From Treponema sp. UBA6367 (GTDB taxonomy: Bacteria; Spirochaetota; Spirochaetia; Treponematales; Treponemataceae), in assembly GCA_002437725.1 (NCBI GenBank), contig DJRF01000024.1, positions 53,205 to 117,204 on the forward strand: a stretch of 64,000 bases of DNA, given 5' to 3'. The notes beneath the pieces are model-generated. The model did not search any database and was not told the origin of the DNA. It saw only the letters and a list, made by a program, of their open reading frames with translations. The translations under genes were made by a program, and so were the position numbers. Positions 36,023-44,884 of the stretch are shown here, piece by piece. Positions within the stretch are counted from its first letter, which is position 1, and every line of letters starts with the position of its first letter.

Positions 36023-38308
36023 TTACACTTTCATTACTTCTTCTAAAAGCCGCCAGTCGCTGCCGTCGATGTCATCGCTGAAGTGTTCTGTGCAAATGCA
36101 CAGACGACCTTTTTTATCAGTGCGCACAAATCCGCCTTTCAGCTTGTACTCGCTAAGATAATTTTTTAATACTTCAAATTTTCGTGGCGCAAAATCATCG
36201 ATGTTTTGGCTCTGCCCGCTCGCGGAAAAACCGCCTTTCGTTTCGATTATCCAAGTTCCGTCCGCAGTACCTAAAACATAGTCCGGATAGAAGAGCCGCA
36301 TTTTTCCGCTTCCGTCTTTGTACGCAACCGAGTAAAAGTCCGTTCCCTTGTCGCCGTTTTTATAAAACCAATGCACAAAGGGTGAATTTTCACAGAATTC
36401 TTCAAACTTTCGCTCCGGCATTGAACGGACTTCCGCAGATTCCCGGTAATCGGCATAGACATTTTTGCTATAGACTTTCTGAGCCTTGTCGCTTCCATCA
36501 AAGGTAAAAAGACAGACTTGTGGAATGTGAAAATCCTTTTCTATGATTTCTGACGGTTCAAAGGTAAGAGTCGCCTGCGTTGAATTTCCTAGTTCTGTTA
36601 TTGCCTCGTGAAAATCAGTTTTCAAAAGAGCGGCATTATTGATTACAAACGCATACAGTTCCCGCGTTTCAAGATTTAAAAGCGAATATTTTCTGCTGGC
36701 AACTTTTGGATTTTTGTAGAAAACCCGGCGGAAAACCGCGTTCATCTTTTCGTATTTCAAGCTTACTTCCGTACTCAAAATTCCTATTTCATGATGAAAC
36801 TGCCTTCCGTGCGTATGCGTGTTTAGCGGAATTGCAAAGTTGGAATCATACAGCTTATTCATTTTGCCTGCGTCCAGAGTTTCAGTCTGTCCTATTTTTG
36901 CTGAAACCACAATTTTATCGCTGAAAATGTAGCCGTTCTTTGCCAAAAGTTTTTGATTGCCTTCAAAATTTCTTCCGGCAGTCAGGGCGTATTTTTTTTC
37001 AAAATGATTCACGACATTTTTCATCGTTTCCTCGGCATCATTTTCGTCGATTACATCCGGGCGTTGCTGAGTTTTTAGAGTAACGTCCTTGTATTCATCT
37101 TTTAGCTGAATGTAAGCCGCATCCCATGCGCCGTGTTCAAGAAAAGCCTTCGCTCCTTCAGTAAATTTGTTGTCCCAGGTATACAGATAGCAGCTGTCCA
37201 GAGCGTTGTCGCCGTAATGATGCGCGTTAGGCATTCGGCGGATTCGCCCGAAAGTCTGAATTTCAAACTTTTCGCCTTCGTGGTCGCGGAGTTTTACAAG
37301 AATATGCGCACGAGGGCAATCCCAGCCGGTCGCAACCGCCATCTTAAAAATCAGAGCTTCCTGCCGCACATCATTTTTTTCGATTTCTTCAAGATTTTCG
37401 TGCCGGCTGAACTTGCTTTTTCCGTTTTCGCTCAGCCAGATTGCAAGCTTTCCGTTTTCAAAGGAAACACCGTGATTTTCAAACCAGACTTGAACTTCAT
37501 CCAGCAATGAATCGGACGAGTTCGGCATTTGAACCAGAATCAGCGGATTTACATTTTCGCCATTCTCAAGGAATTTGCCGCGCAAGAGCCGCTGTTTTTC
37601 CAAAGCCTTGTTCAAAAGGTAAGAAACCTGACTTTCTCCTTCAAGTTCCGTGATTTCGCTGCTCAAAACCGTAATCGGAAAACCTTCGTTTATAATCAGC
37701 ATTTTCTTGACAAGCCCTTCTTCGATTACATCTTTTTCAGGAACTTCGATAAATTCAACCTTTGGGTCGCTCTGATTGTAACCGTTCGGTGTGGCGCTTG
37801 CGCGGATAATCGGAAGCCTTGCGCCAGCGTCCTTAAAATAGTTGATTATCACCGCGGATTTTTTACTGTCGTTCATGTGGCTTTCGTCGATAATCAGAAT
37901 GAAATTCAAGCCGGAATCTCGGGCACAACGGATGTACTCGATAAAGTTTGTGTGTTCTCCGTCGCGAACGGCGATATTGTCGTTTTTATTCAGAAGCTCC
38001 CAGTTGATAAAGCAGCAGTCGTTTTCAGAAAAACCGCTGGTCATCACATCGGAAAGCAGTTTTGTCTGCGCTCCATGAATGTATGCGTCCATTTTCTTTT
38101 TGCTCTGCTCTTCAAGGTTGCCTTTTCCTGGCGTGAACCAGATGAAAACCGTATTTGCGTGGCACTTCAAGTATTCGTCCATAAAGTGCGTGAGCATGAT
38201 TGTCTTGCCGCTGCCCGTGCAGGACTTTAGGATGATTTCTTCCTTGCCTTTTTCGATTGCCGCTTGGATGCGAGAAATCGCCGTCCGCTGAAAATTCATT
38301 AAATCCAT
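36023..38308 (-). CDS. res: Type III-like restriction enzyme Res subunit (SF2 helicase + C-terminal PD-(D/E)xK-like nuclease)
   Basis: Walker A CTGSGKT, DExH box IIDESH, and the C-terminal YPDYVLGTADGTWIIETKGG. It lies 13 nt downstream of the methyltransferase gene. By eye it is GC-richer than its neighbours. Confidence 0.7.
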   Translation of the reverse strand: MDLMNFQRTAISRIQAAIEKGKEEIILKSCTGSGKTIMLTHFMDEYLKCHANTVFIWFTPGKGNLEEQSKKKMDAYIHGAQTKLLSDVMTSGFSENDCCFINWELLNKNDNIAVRDGEHTNFIEYIRCARDSGLNFILIIDESHMNDSKKSAVIINYFKDAGARLPIIRASATPNGYNQSDPKVEFIEVPEKDVIEEGLVKKMLIINEGFPITVLSSEITELEGESQVSYLLNKALEKQRLLRGKFLENGENVNPLILVQMPNSSDSLLDEVQVWFENHGVSFENGKLAIWLSENGKSKFSRHENLEEIEKNDVRQEALIFKMAVATGWDCPRAHILVKLRDHEGEKFEIQTFGRIRRMPNAHHYGDNALDSCYLYTWDNKFTEGAKAFLEHGAWDAAYIQLKDEYKDVTLKTQQRPDVIDENDAEETMKNVVNHFEKKYALTAGRNFEGNQKLLAKNGYIFSDKIVVSAKIGQTETLDAGKMNKLYDSNFAIPLNTHTHGRQFHHEIGILSTEVSLKYEKMNAVFRRVFYKNPKVASRKYSLLNLETRELYAFVINNAALLKTDFHEAITELGNSTQATLTFEPSEIIEKDFHIPQVCLFTFDGSDKAQKVYSKNVYADYRESAEVRSMPERKFEEFCENSPFVHWFYKNGDKGTDFYSVAYKDGSGKMRLFYPDYVLGTADGTWIIETKGGFSASGQSQNIDDFAPRKFEVLKNYLSEYKLKGGFVRTDKKGRLCICTEHFSDDIDGSDWRLLEEVMKV

Positions 38309-38321
38309 AAGTCCTCCGCCG

Positions 38322-40097
38322 CTACAGCGCCAGGTCGCGGTAGTAATAGTCTGGAATCACATTGACGCTGATGTTGCGAGCTTTTAGGATTTGCTCCTGT
38401 CTTGAAGAAAGGAGGACGTCGTGCCCGACATAGAGAACTTTTGCGGAGGTTGAGCCTGCCGAAACCACAGCAGCTATAAATTCTTCCAGCTCATCGTCAT
38501 CAAGCACGATTGCCACTGTTTTGTCCTTGTCGAAATTGACGGCGTTTTCCAGTTCCACCAGTTCCCGAACATGCAGAAGAAGCTCGTCGGCATATTCGTA
38601 GTACATTTTTTCGCTGATTGGGATAAAGCCGGTTTTGAAGTATTTTAGAGAGCCGGGGAGAGCGTCGGAATAATTTGAACCGTCTTTGCGTTTTCCAGTG
38701 ATTACGGTTTTTAGCCGCTGATATGTGATGTCGCGGCAGATGCTGTTTTCGTTATTGGTGCAGAGGATGAATTTCCGGTGGCCGCCATCTTCTGCATTTA
38801 GTGCAAGTGTTGCATGACCTGCAGAGCCAGAACCTGCGAAGAAATCTAAAACAGTTATGTCTTTCTTTTTATGATAGTTGATAAATTGCTTAAGCATTTT
38901 TACAGGTTTTTTACCACTGCCGAAAGGAACTCCCCCTTCGTGGCGGATATTTCCAAAATCTGGCGAAAAATCGTATGCCGTAAGAATCGGGAGTTCTCTA
39001 GTAGGAGCATTTCCTGTTTCAAAGATTTTTCGTTTTTCCAAAGGAATTCCACTAAACATTTTTCCTTTAGTTGCATTTGCTTTAGCCGGTCCCGTATAAT
39101 ATCTGTATCCTAAGCCGTCATCACCACGACCTAAAACTTTGTATAAACATCCAAGTCCATCTTCTTCAATACGAGGTTCAACAATACTTTGAAAAACTTT
39201 TCCATAACTCATTGTTGTATATATACTTCCTGTAATCCAAGTCTCTTTTAAACCATCAATATTTCCTTGAACTTTTTCGATTTTCCAATCACCTTTTTTA
39301 AATACAACAACTTCTTGATTTTTTACAAATATATGCTCTCCGTCTTTTAATTCTGTAATCTTAAAACAAAAACCATCCAATCCATAATCAATTTTTTCCC
39401 GATTTGGATTAAAAAATAGATTATTTTTTGCATAGAATAAAACATATTCCATAAGAGGTTTAAAGGGTTTTTCTTCATTTATACTTTTTTCAGCATATCG
39501 GACTTGAATATGAAATGTTGCCAAATAGTTACCTACACCAAATATTTCATCACACAAAAACTTCATCGCAGAATATTCATTGTCATCAATAGAAATTGCA
39601 ATAAATCCATTTTGGGCAAGTAAATCTCTAGCAATTCTTAATCGTTTTGAAATAAAACTGCACCATTTAGAATGTCTAAAAGAATCATCTGCATCCACAT
39701 AATCATCATCGTAAATAAAATCTTTATTTCCCGTATTATACGGTGGATCAATGTAAATCACGTCAATCTTTCCGCGGTGAGTTTTTTCCAGGAGTTTTAG
39801 GCTGGCAAGATTGTCGCCTTCAAGCAGAAAGTTCAGTTCGCCGCCGTTGTCTACGAACAAATCTTTTTCTTCGGTAAAAATAGGCGCGTACTGTTCTAAA
39901 GTCTCATCGATTTTTTCGCGATGCTCTTCAAATACAAGTCCGTACTTTTTGCCGTTCACTTCCCTGCTAAGTTCTCCAAGATAGCCAAGCAGCTGCGAGG
40001 CATTTTTGTCGTTTGCGTTCTGTTCTATAAATGCTTTTATTTCTGCAATTTTTGAAAGCAAATCCTGTCGTTTTTCGCCTGAAATATTGGTAGACAT
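38322..40097 (-). CDS. mod: DNA methyltransferase, beta-class N6A/N4C (Type III Mod-like)
   Basis: Motif IV DVIYIDPPYNTG precedes motif I VLDFFAGSGSAGHA (beta permutation), with a long variable region between them. 591 aa. Confidence 0.8.
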   Translation of the reverse strand: MSTNISGEKRQDLLSKIAEIKAFIEQNANDKNASQLLGYLGELSREVNGKKYGLVFEEHREKIDETLEQYAPIFTEEKDLFVDNGGELNFLLEGDNLASLKLLEKTHRGKIDVIYIDPPYNTGNKDFIYDDDYVDADDSFRHSKWCSFISKRLRIARDLLAQNGFIAISIDDNEYSAMKFLCDEIFGVGNYLATFHIQVRYAEKSINEEKPFKPLMEYVLFYAKNNLFFNPNREKIDYGLDGFCFKITELKDGEHIFVKNQEVVVFKKGDWKIEKVQGNIDGLKETWITGSIYTTMSYGKVFQSIVEPRIEEDGLGCLYKVLGRGDDGLGYRYYTGPAKANATKGKMFSGIPLEKRKIFETGNAPTRELPILTAYDFSPDFGNIRHEGGVPFGSGKKPVKMLKQFINYHKKKDITVLDFFAGSGSAGHATLALNAEDGGHRKFILCTNNENSICRDITYQRLKTVITGKRKDGSNYSDALPGSLKYFKTGFIPISEKMYYEYADELLLHVRELVELENAVNFDKDKTVAIVLDDDELEEFIAAVVSAGSTSAKVLYVGHDVLLSSRQEQILKARNISVNVIPDYYYRDLAL

Positions 40098-40193
40098 GTT
40101 TACCCCTTATAATATGGAGAATATTTATTTAAAACTCCACAAAACAAAGTATAACACCAAAATTACTCCGTATAAATAGAAATATTTAATTTT

Positions 40194-40212
40194 TACTCAA
40201 TTATTATGAGTA
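40194..40212. promoter_or_regulatory. perfect palindrome TACTCA-N7-TGAGTA abutting the XRE start codon (C-box-like operator candidate)
   Basis: TACTCAATTATTATGAGTA ends 1 nt before ATG 40214. There is no Shine-Dalgarno between it and the ATG. Confidence 0.4.
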
Positions 40213-40213
40213 T

Positions 40214-40510
40214 ATGGAAGATTTTTACGATTCTTTTCGTCTTAATATAAAATTTTATCGAGAGAGAATGGGATTCAGCCAATCAGAACTTGCAATTCAG
40301 GCTAACAGTTCAAATGGCATGATTGGAAATATTGAATCAGGAAAGGCGAAACCATCATTTGATAATATATTAAAAATCGCCGCCGCCTTAAAAATTCACC
40401 CTGCAGACCTTTTTCTGCGCAATGCTTCATCGACTGTGTCAAACACTAAAAATCTTATGAAAACAAAACTGATTCCTCAAATAGAAGAATTTATTGAAAA
40501 GGAACTATAA
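40214..40510 (+). CDS. XRE-family HTH transcriptional regulator
   Basis: MGFSQSELAIQANSSNGMIGNIESGKAKPSFDNILKIAAAL is a classic XRE/Cro-C1 HTH. 98 aa. It is divergent from mod. Confidence 0.8.
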   Translation: MEDFYDSFRLNIKFYRERMGFSQSELAIQANSSNGMIGNIESGKAKPSFDNILKIAAALKIHPADLFLRNASSTVSNTKNLMKTKLIPQIEEFIEKEL

Positions 40511-40538
40511 AACAAGAAAAAAGTCCTTATAATTTAAT

Positions 40539-40627
40539 TAGCCCCAACTTCAAGTTTTTTATAACTGTAAAAAATACTTTCAACGAGTTTACAATTTGTT
40601 CAGACGGTTGTACTCGAACTTCGTTTT
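40539..40627 (+). repeat. truncated left half of the intergenic nested-palindrome element
   Basis: TAGCCCCAACTTCAAGTTTTTTATAA...TTTGTTCAGACGGTTGTACTCGAACTTCGTTTT is collinear with the left half of copy C and then stops abruptly at the start of the cassette arm. Confidence 0.75.
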
Positions 40628-40653
40628 ATCACTTTTCCTAGTTTTAATCATAG

Positions 40654-40748
40654 GTAACCAAGTTACTATAAAGGGTAACTCGGTTACTAACAAAGGTAAC
40701 TTAGTTACTAAAAAAATAACTTGGTTATTTTTTTGCGAACTTGGTTAT
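40654..40748. promoter_or_regulatory. array of five phased 13-bp palindromes (left)
   Basis: GTAACCAAGTTAC 40654, GTAACTCGGTTAC 40675, GTAACTTAGTTAC 40696, ATAACTTGGTTAT 40716, CGAACTTGGTTAT 40736. Start-to-start spacing is 21, 21, 20, 20. Confidence 0.85.
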
Positions 40749-40892
40749 TTCGTATTAAAACGCCTTTACAGAAGAAAAAATCTTGTTTACAGTTTTATTT
40801 AGGGTTTGTCAAAATCCTAAAAACGGCTGAGTCAATGTCTTGAGCGTAAGCGTACCTTGACCAAACGTATTATTAAAAAAGTTTTTGAGTGC

Positions 40893-40933
40893 GTAAGATA
40901 AAATCTGCTTATAAGTCGGCAATTTTATCTTAC
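40893..40933. promoter_or_regulatory. AAGATAAAA hairpin/palindrome, copy 1
   Basis: GTAAGATAAAAT - 17 nt - ATTTTATCTTAC (12-bp perfect stem). Its 3' end overlaps CTTACA, with TATCAT 17 nt downstream. Confidence 0.7.
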
Positions 40934-40992
40934 AACTCTACAAAAAACTTCTATCATTTCAACATTTCAAAAAAAACAAGATGAGGTTACTT

Positions 40993-41604
40993 ATGAAAAA
41001 AACATTTTTGCTATTAAGTCTTATTTTTGTTGAACTTTTTCTCACAGGATGTATCGCTGACAACACTATAGTAGAAGAACCAGGATTTTTATATAAAGTA
41101 GAAGTAAACATACACAATGAAAGTTCTTCAGAAAAAACTATTAGTACAGAAACTTATTCTCTTTGCGAAAATGACTGTCATAAATCAGCTGATGATGACA
41201 GTGAAAAAACAATCATTGCATCAAAAATGTTTGAGCGATATGAACATATTATTTCTTTCGATCTATACCCCCCTCCTCACCTTTCTCACATTTTTAAGAT
41301 TGATGGCAAAAACTTTGCAGGATTTAATCCAGAAAAATATACTTCTTTTCGAGACATCCATACAGGTAAGAAGATAGAAAAGATTACAGCTGTAAAAACA
41401 GATATTGGTTCTGTCGACTGGTCTCAAGATGAAAAACTTATAATAAATTATGAAGGAAAATCTTTTTACGAAAATACAGATTCAATTATAAAACTAATTT
41501 ATACAATAATTATAAAAGATGATGCAGATATTGCAGATTCAGAAAAATCTGAATATACAGAAGGAGTAAAAATTTCAATAACGCATAAGGTGGAAAAAGA
41601 TTAA
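40993..41604 (+). CDS. hypothetical lipoprotein
   Basis: ATG 40993 (MKKTFLLLSLIFVELFLTGC lipobox) is preceded by GAGGT. I recognise no family. Confidence 0.6.
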   Translation: MKKTFLLLSLIFVELFLTGCIADNTIVEEPGFLYKVEVNIHNESSSEKTISTETYSLCENDCHKSADDDSEKTIIASKMFERYEHIISFDLYPPPHLSHIFKIDGKNFAGFNPEKYTSFRDIHTGKKIEKITAVKTDIGSVDWSQDEKLIINYEGKSFYENTDSIIKLIYTIIIKDDADIADSEKSEYTEGVKISITHKVEKD

Positions 41605-41703
41605 ATCTTAACTATTTTTAAGGTAAATAAAATATTTTTTAATTTGTTACAATTTTAGTTTCTTAGTATTTTCAGATTAAAAAAAGTTTTGTATACTAAC
41701 TTT

Positions 41704-42465
41704 ATGAATGTAAAAAAAAGTTTTTTATACGAACGATTGATGATTCTTTTCGCAGCAATCGTTCAGTCTGTTGGTTTTGTAATTAGTATCACAGTAGAAA
41801 GCTATTCAAATTCCTTTTTGCCATATTGTAGAATTGTTGTACCCATTGCAAACATTTCATGTGCGGCTATTTGTTTTTTCTTAGTGGCTTTTCCTAAATT
41901 TAGATTTATGCAATCTGTTGTTTCATTTATTCAAGGGATAGTAATGACTTTGAATAATCTGATGTTCTTAGGGATTTTCCTTTACTTCTTTGGAATCGCG
42001 CTTCTTTTTTGCTATGGCTATTTAAATACTAAAAGGCAAGTAAAATACGTGCTTTCACTGCTTCCATTAATGCTGTCTTTTTTTATAATTCTACCTAAAA
42101 GCCTTCCCAAATTTTTTATGGCTTTTTCATATTCCTTGTTTCTAACATTCGCTTTTCTACACTTATATTTCACCGTAAAAAATTCATTACTTGACTTATT
42201 TCCTTTCTTATCTGATAAAATTTCTACAGCAAAGCTTCCTAAACATGGAGAAACCTTAAATTTAAAAAATTATGAACTTTCTGAAAGACAAATCGAGATT
42301 ACAAAAGAATTCTTAAAAGGTACTACAAATTATAAAAAACTTGCAGAATGTTTTGTAACAAGTGAATCAACTGTAAAAAAAGAAATGAGCAATGTTTGTA
42401 AAAAGTTCGGAGTAGACAATTCTACTGTTCTATTACTTTTACTAAAGCAGTATGAAATAATTTAA
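41704..42465 (+). CDS. polytopic membrane protein with C-terminal LuxR/GerE-type HTH
   Basis: About five hydrophobic helices, followed by LSERQIEITKEFLKGTTNYKKLAECFVTSESTVKKEMSNVCKKFGV. The start is ATG 41704 or TTG 41689. Confidence 0.6.
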   Translation: MNVKKSFLYERLMILFAAIVQSVGFVISITVESYSNSFLPYCRIVVPIANISCAAICFFLVAFPKFRFMQSVVSFIQGIVMTLNNLMFLGIFLYFFGIALLFCYGYLNTKRQVKYVLSLLPLMLSFFIILPKSLPKFFMAFSYSLFLTFAFLHLYFTVKNSLLDLFPFLSDKISTAKLPKHGETLNLKNYELSERQIEITKEFLKGTTNYKKLAECFVTSESTVKKEMSNVCKKFGVDNSTVLLLLLKQYEII

Positions 42466-42471
42466 TGACAT

Positions 42472-43719
42472 TTAAGAATTATGCTTACAAAATGCAATTA
42501 AAAATTCATCCCACAGTGAATTTTCATAAAAGCTCAAAATCTCATAATCTGAATTATTCTTAAAATAATAAGACTTTTCTTCTTTTGTATGAGGAAAATT
42601 AATTCCACAACCTCCAAACAATTTTTTATACAAACTTGAACTTCTGCAATTTGGAACAAGACTTTTAAAAGCATTTTTTAATTCAGTATTATCAAAGAAA
42701 AAACTTGCAGAATTAACAAACTCAAATAAATCAACAAACTCCGAATAAGATTCATCTGTGCAAGCAAGGTTCGCTCTTATATCTTTTATAATTTCAAACT
42801 TATCTTCCACATACAAAATAAGATTTTTACAAAAGGAATTAAACAGCGGCATAAAACTGTTAAAAGATTTTGTATTTACAAGTGAATAAGAAAAATCACT
42901 AGAAAAATTATTTTGATATTCATAAAAAGTTTCAACTAAATATTCTGCAAATTCTTTTGAATTGAAATCCTGAACACAACTTAAATAAGAAGCGATATTT
43001 TTATAATCACTACCAATTCCTAAAATTTGAGTTTCTGCACCAACAACATAATCAGTAAGATTTTTTAATTCATAACTTACTTCAATCATTTGCATATCGC
43101 AACAGTCAAATTGAATTATATCAATATATTTTTTATAATTCTCTTCGTATTCTTTTATATTTCTTGCCAACTTATAAATTGGCATAGCTTTATTTGCCCC
43201 ATACCCTGTTGAATAATCTTCAATAACACTGCGTAAATTGTTAGAAATAATTCCATCAGGATAAACTCCTCTTCCGTGACTCCAAATATTTAAAACCGTA
43301 TGCCTTGCCGGAAAATATTTATTAACTTTTGAAAGAAAATTGTAAAGAGTTTCAGAATTTGTCATATCAAGTTCATCATATTCAAAAATTATGTCGTCAT
43401 TCATTTTGTTTGGCGCTTTTGTGATATAAAACAAATCTGTACCTTTTCGATTATCTTCCGATTTATCATATCCTGGACTTCTGTCAAAAAGAACAATTAT
43501 ATTTGAACTGCTGCTAGACCCGATTTCTTGCAAAGATTTTATATTTTTGATTCCAAACCTTTCAAGATTATTGTCTGCGGCCATGTATATCAAGTAATTT
43601 ACTTCTTTTTCTTCATGAATTTTTAGAACTTTATTATTAGAGTTAATGTCATGATTGCAGGAAATGAATTCAAAAATAATAAAAAAAGGAACAATCTTAA
43701 ATACATTCAAATATTTCAT
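42472..43719 (-). CDS. clostripain-family (C11) cysteine peptidase lipoprotein
   Basis: YLIYMAADNNLE, WSHGRG (catalytic His context) and QFDCCDMQM (catalytic Cys context). Signal with FISC lipobox. Confidence 0.7.
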   Translation of the reverse strand: MKYLNVFKIVPFFIIFEFISCNHDINSNNKVLKIHEEKEVNYLIYMAADNNLERFGIKNIKSLQEIGSSSSSNIIVLFDRSPGYDKSEDNRKGTDLFYITKAPNKMNDDIIFEYDELDMTNSETLYNFLSKVNKYFPARHTVLNIWSHGRGVYPDGIISNNLRSVIEDYSTGYGANKAMPIYKLARNIKEYEENYKKYIDIIQFDCCDMQMIEVSYELKNLTDYVVGAETQILGIGSDYKNIASYLSCVQDFNSKEFAEYLVETFYEYQNNFSSDFSYSLVNTKSFNSFMPLFNSFCKNLILYVEDKFEIIKDIRANLACTDESYSEFVDLFEFVNSASFFFDNTELKNAFKSLVPNCRSSSLYKKLFGGCGINFPHTKEEKSYYFKNNSDYEILSFYENSLWDEFLIAFCKHNS

Positions 43720-44875
43720 ACATTAAACTGTCTATATTTGGAGTTTTATCTTTTTTCATATTTGAAGAAGTTAATATTACAATGCAAACATCTTTATTTT
43801 TGTTGTAAAACATTAAATTTTCATCACCAATGCTCCGTCCATAGGAACCTAAAAATTCAAAGTCTTTATAAAAAAGATTTCGTATTCCATAGCCATAAGC
43901 AATCTGCCCAGTATTTTTATCAGTAAATAACGAAACAGAGTTTTTTATTTCTTCGCGAAGTTCTTTTTCAATACTTCCATTAAAACTTAGCAAATTGTAT
44001 CCCCATTTTGATATTTCTTCTGCAGTTGAAACAATTCCACCTGCCGTCCAACCACACTTTCCTAACAGTTCTAGAACGTTGGGAATTATACCTGCAATAT
44101 CAATTGGCGTTTTTCCATCTCCAGAAAGTTCCATAAATGTATTTGGATAACAATGCGGATGAGCAACTTTGTTTAAGTTCACACTATCTTGTGGATAAAG
44201 CAAGACCGAAATATTCATAGGCGACAAGAGGTTTTGATTTACATATACGTTTGCTGCTTCATTTGTAATTTTTTCGATTATCATTCCTAGCAAAATGTAA
44301 TTCGTTGAAGAATATAAAAAATTACCACTAGACTCTGAAGGTTTTTCAATAAAAGATAAAATACTTTGAGCATTCCAATCATTTGTTTTTGAAAATGGAT
44401 TGTTATAAATCAATGCAGGATTTTCTGTATAATCGCTTATTCCAGAACGATGCGATAAAAGCTCTTTTATTGTTGCATTTGGGTTAATATAAATTGTGTT
44501 TATATTTTGAATGTATTTTGAAATGCTATCCTCTAAAGAAAGTTTGCCTTCATTTTTAAGCTTTAAAATAGCAGTTGCAACAAAACTTTTTGTTATGCTA
44601 TAAACAAAGTGAGGAGTCTGAATTTCATTTTTTGTTTTGCAAGATATAGAGGAATAACCATTTGCGTAATTATAATTTAACTTCTGTGATTTACTAAAAA
44701 CAGATACAGAAATCGCAGGTTTATAATCCCATTTTTCTATATAATTACAAATAACTTGTTCAATTTTTTCAAAAGTTGATTTATTACAGTTGTATTCAAC
44801 ATTTTTACATGCCGTAAAAAACACAAGGGCGCAAACTATTAAAAGATTTATAAAAAGCGACTTCATCTGATTCAT
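43697..44875 (-). CDS. beta-lactamase-fold serine hydrolase lipoprotein
   Basis: SxxK motif in VYSITKSF. The signal LIVCALVFFTAC is shared with the two upstream paralogues. The start is ATG 44875 or 44878. Confidence 0.7.
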   Translation of the reverse strand: MNQMKSLFINLLIVCALVFFTACKNVEYNCNKSTFEKIEQVICNYIEKWDYKPAISVSVFSKSQKLNYNYANGYSSISCKTKNEIQTPHFVYSITKSFVATAILKLKNEGKLSLEDSISKYIQNINTIYINPNATIKELLSHRSGISDYTENPALIYNNPFSKTNDWNAQSILSFIEKPSESSGNFLYSSTNYILLGMIIEKITNEAANVYVNQNLLSPMNISVLLYPQDSVNLNKVAHPHCYPNTFMELSGDGKTPIDIAGIIPNVLELLGKCGWTAGGIVSTAEEISKWGYNLLSFNGSIEKELREEIKNSVSLFTDKNTGQIAYGYGIRNLFYKDFEFLGSYGRSIGDENLMFYNKNKDVCIVILTSSNMKKDKTPNIDSLMYEIFECI

Positions 44876-44884
44876 CATTCTACC

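Larger units (their letters stand above)
40651..40935. repeat. left inverted arm of the 7.8-kb cassette
   Basis: It is collinear by eye with the reverse complement of 48206..48418. The shared order is five palindromic sites, TTTCGTAT, CTTGTTTACAGTTTTATT, ATTAAAAAAGTTTT, then the hairpin. It has an extra insert of about 68 bp near 40800..40867. Confidence 0.8.

Noticed and set aside
40654-40748. The possibility that the phased repeat arrays are a CRISPR array.
   Set aside because: The repeats are only 13 bp and the spacers 7-8 bp of A/T filler. There are five units, mirrored at the other arm, and no cas genes. This is not CRISPR architecture.
40736-40748. CGAAC...GTT half-sites resembling the Gram-positive LexA (Cheo) box CGAAC-N4-GTTCG.
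   Set aside because: The spacing here is N3, not N4. Most copies read GTAAC/GTTAC or ATAAC/GTTAT, and there are ten phased copies rather than a single operator. I consider the resemblance superficial.
40596-40802. 68-aa ORF translating to ...GNQVTIKGNSVTNKGNLVTKK...
   Set aside because: The periodic peptide is just the translation of the 20-21-bp palindrome array. There is no RBS and no independent support.
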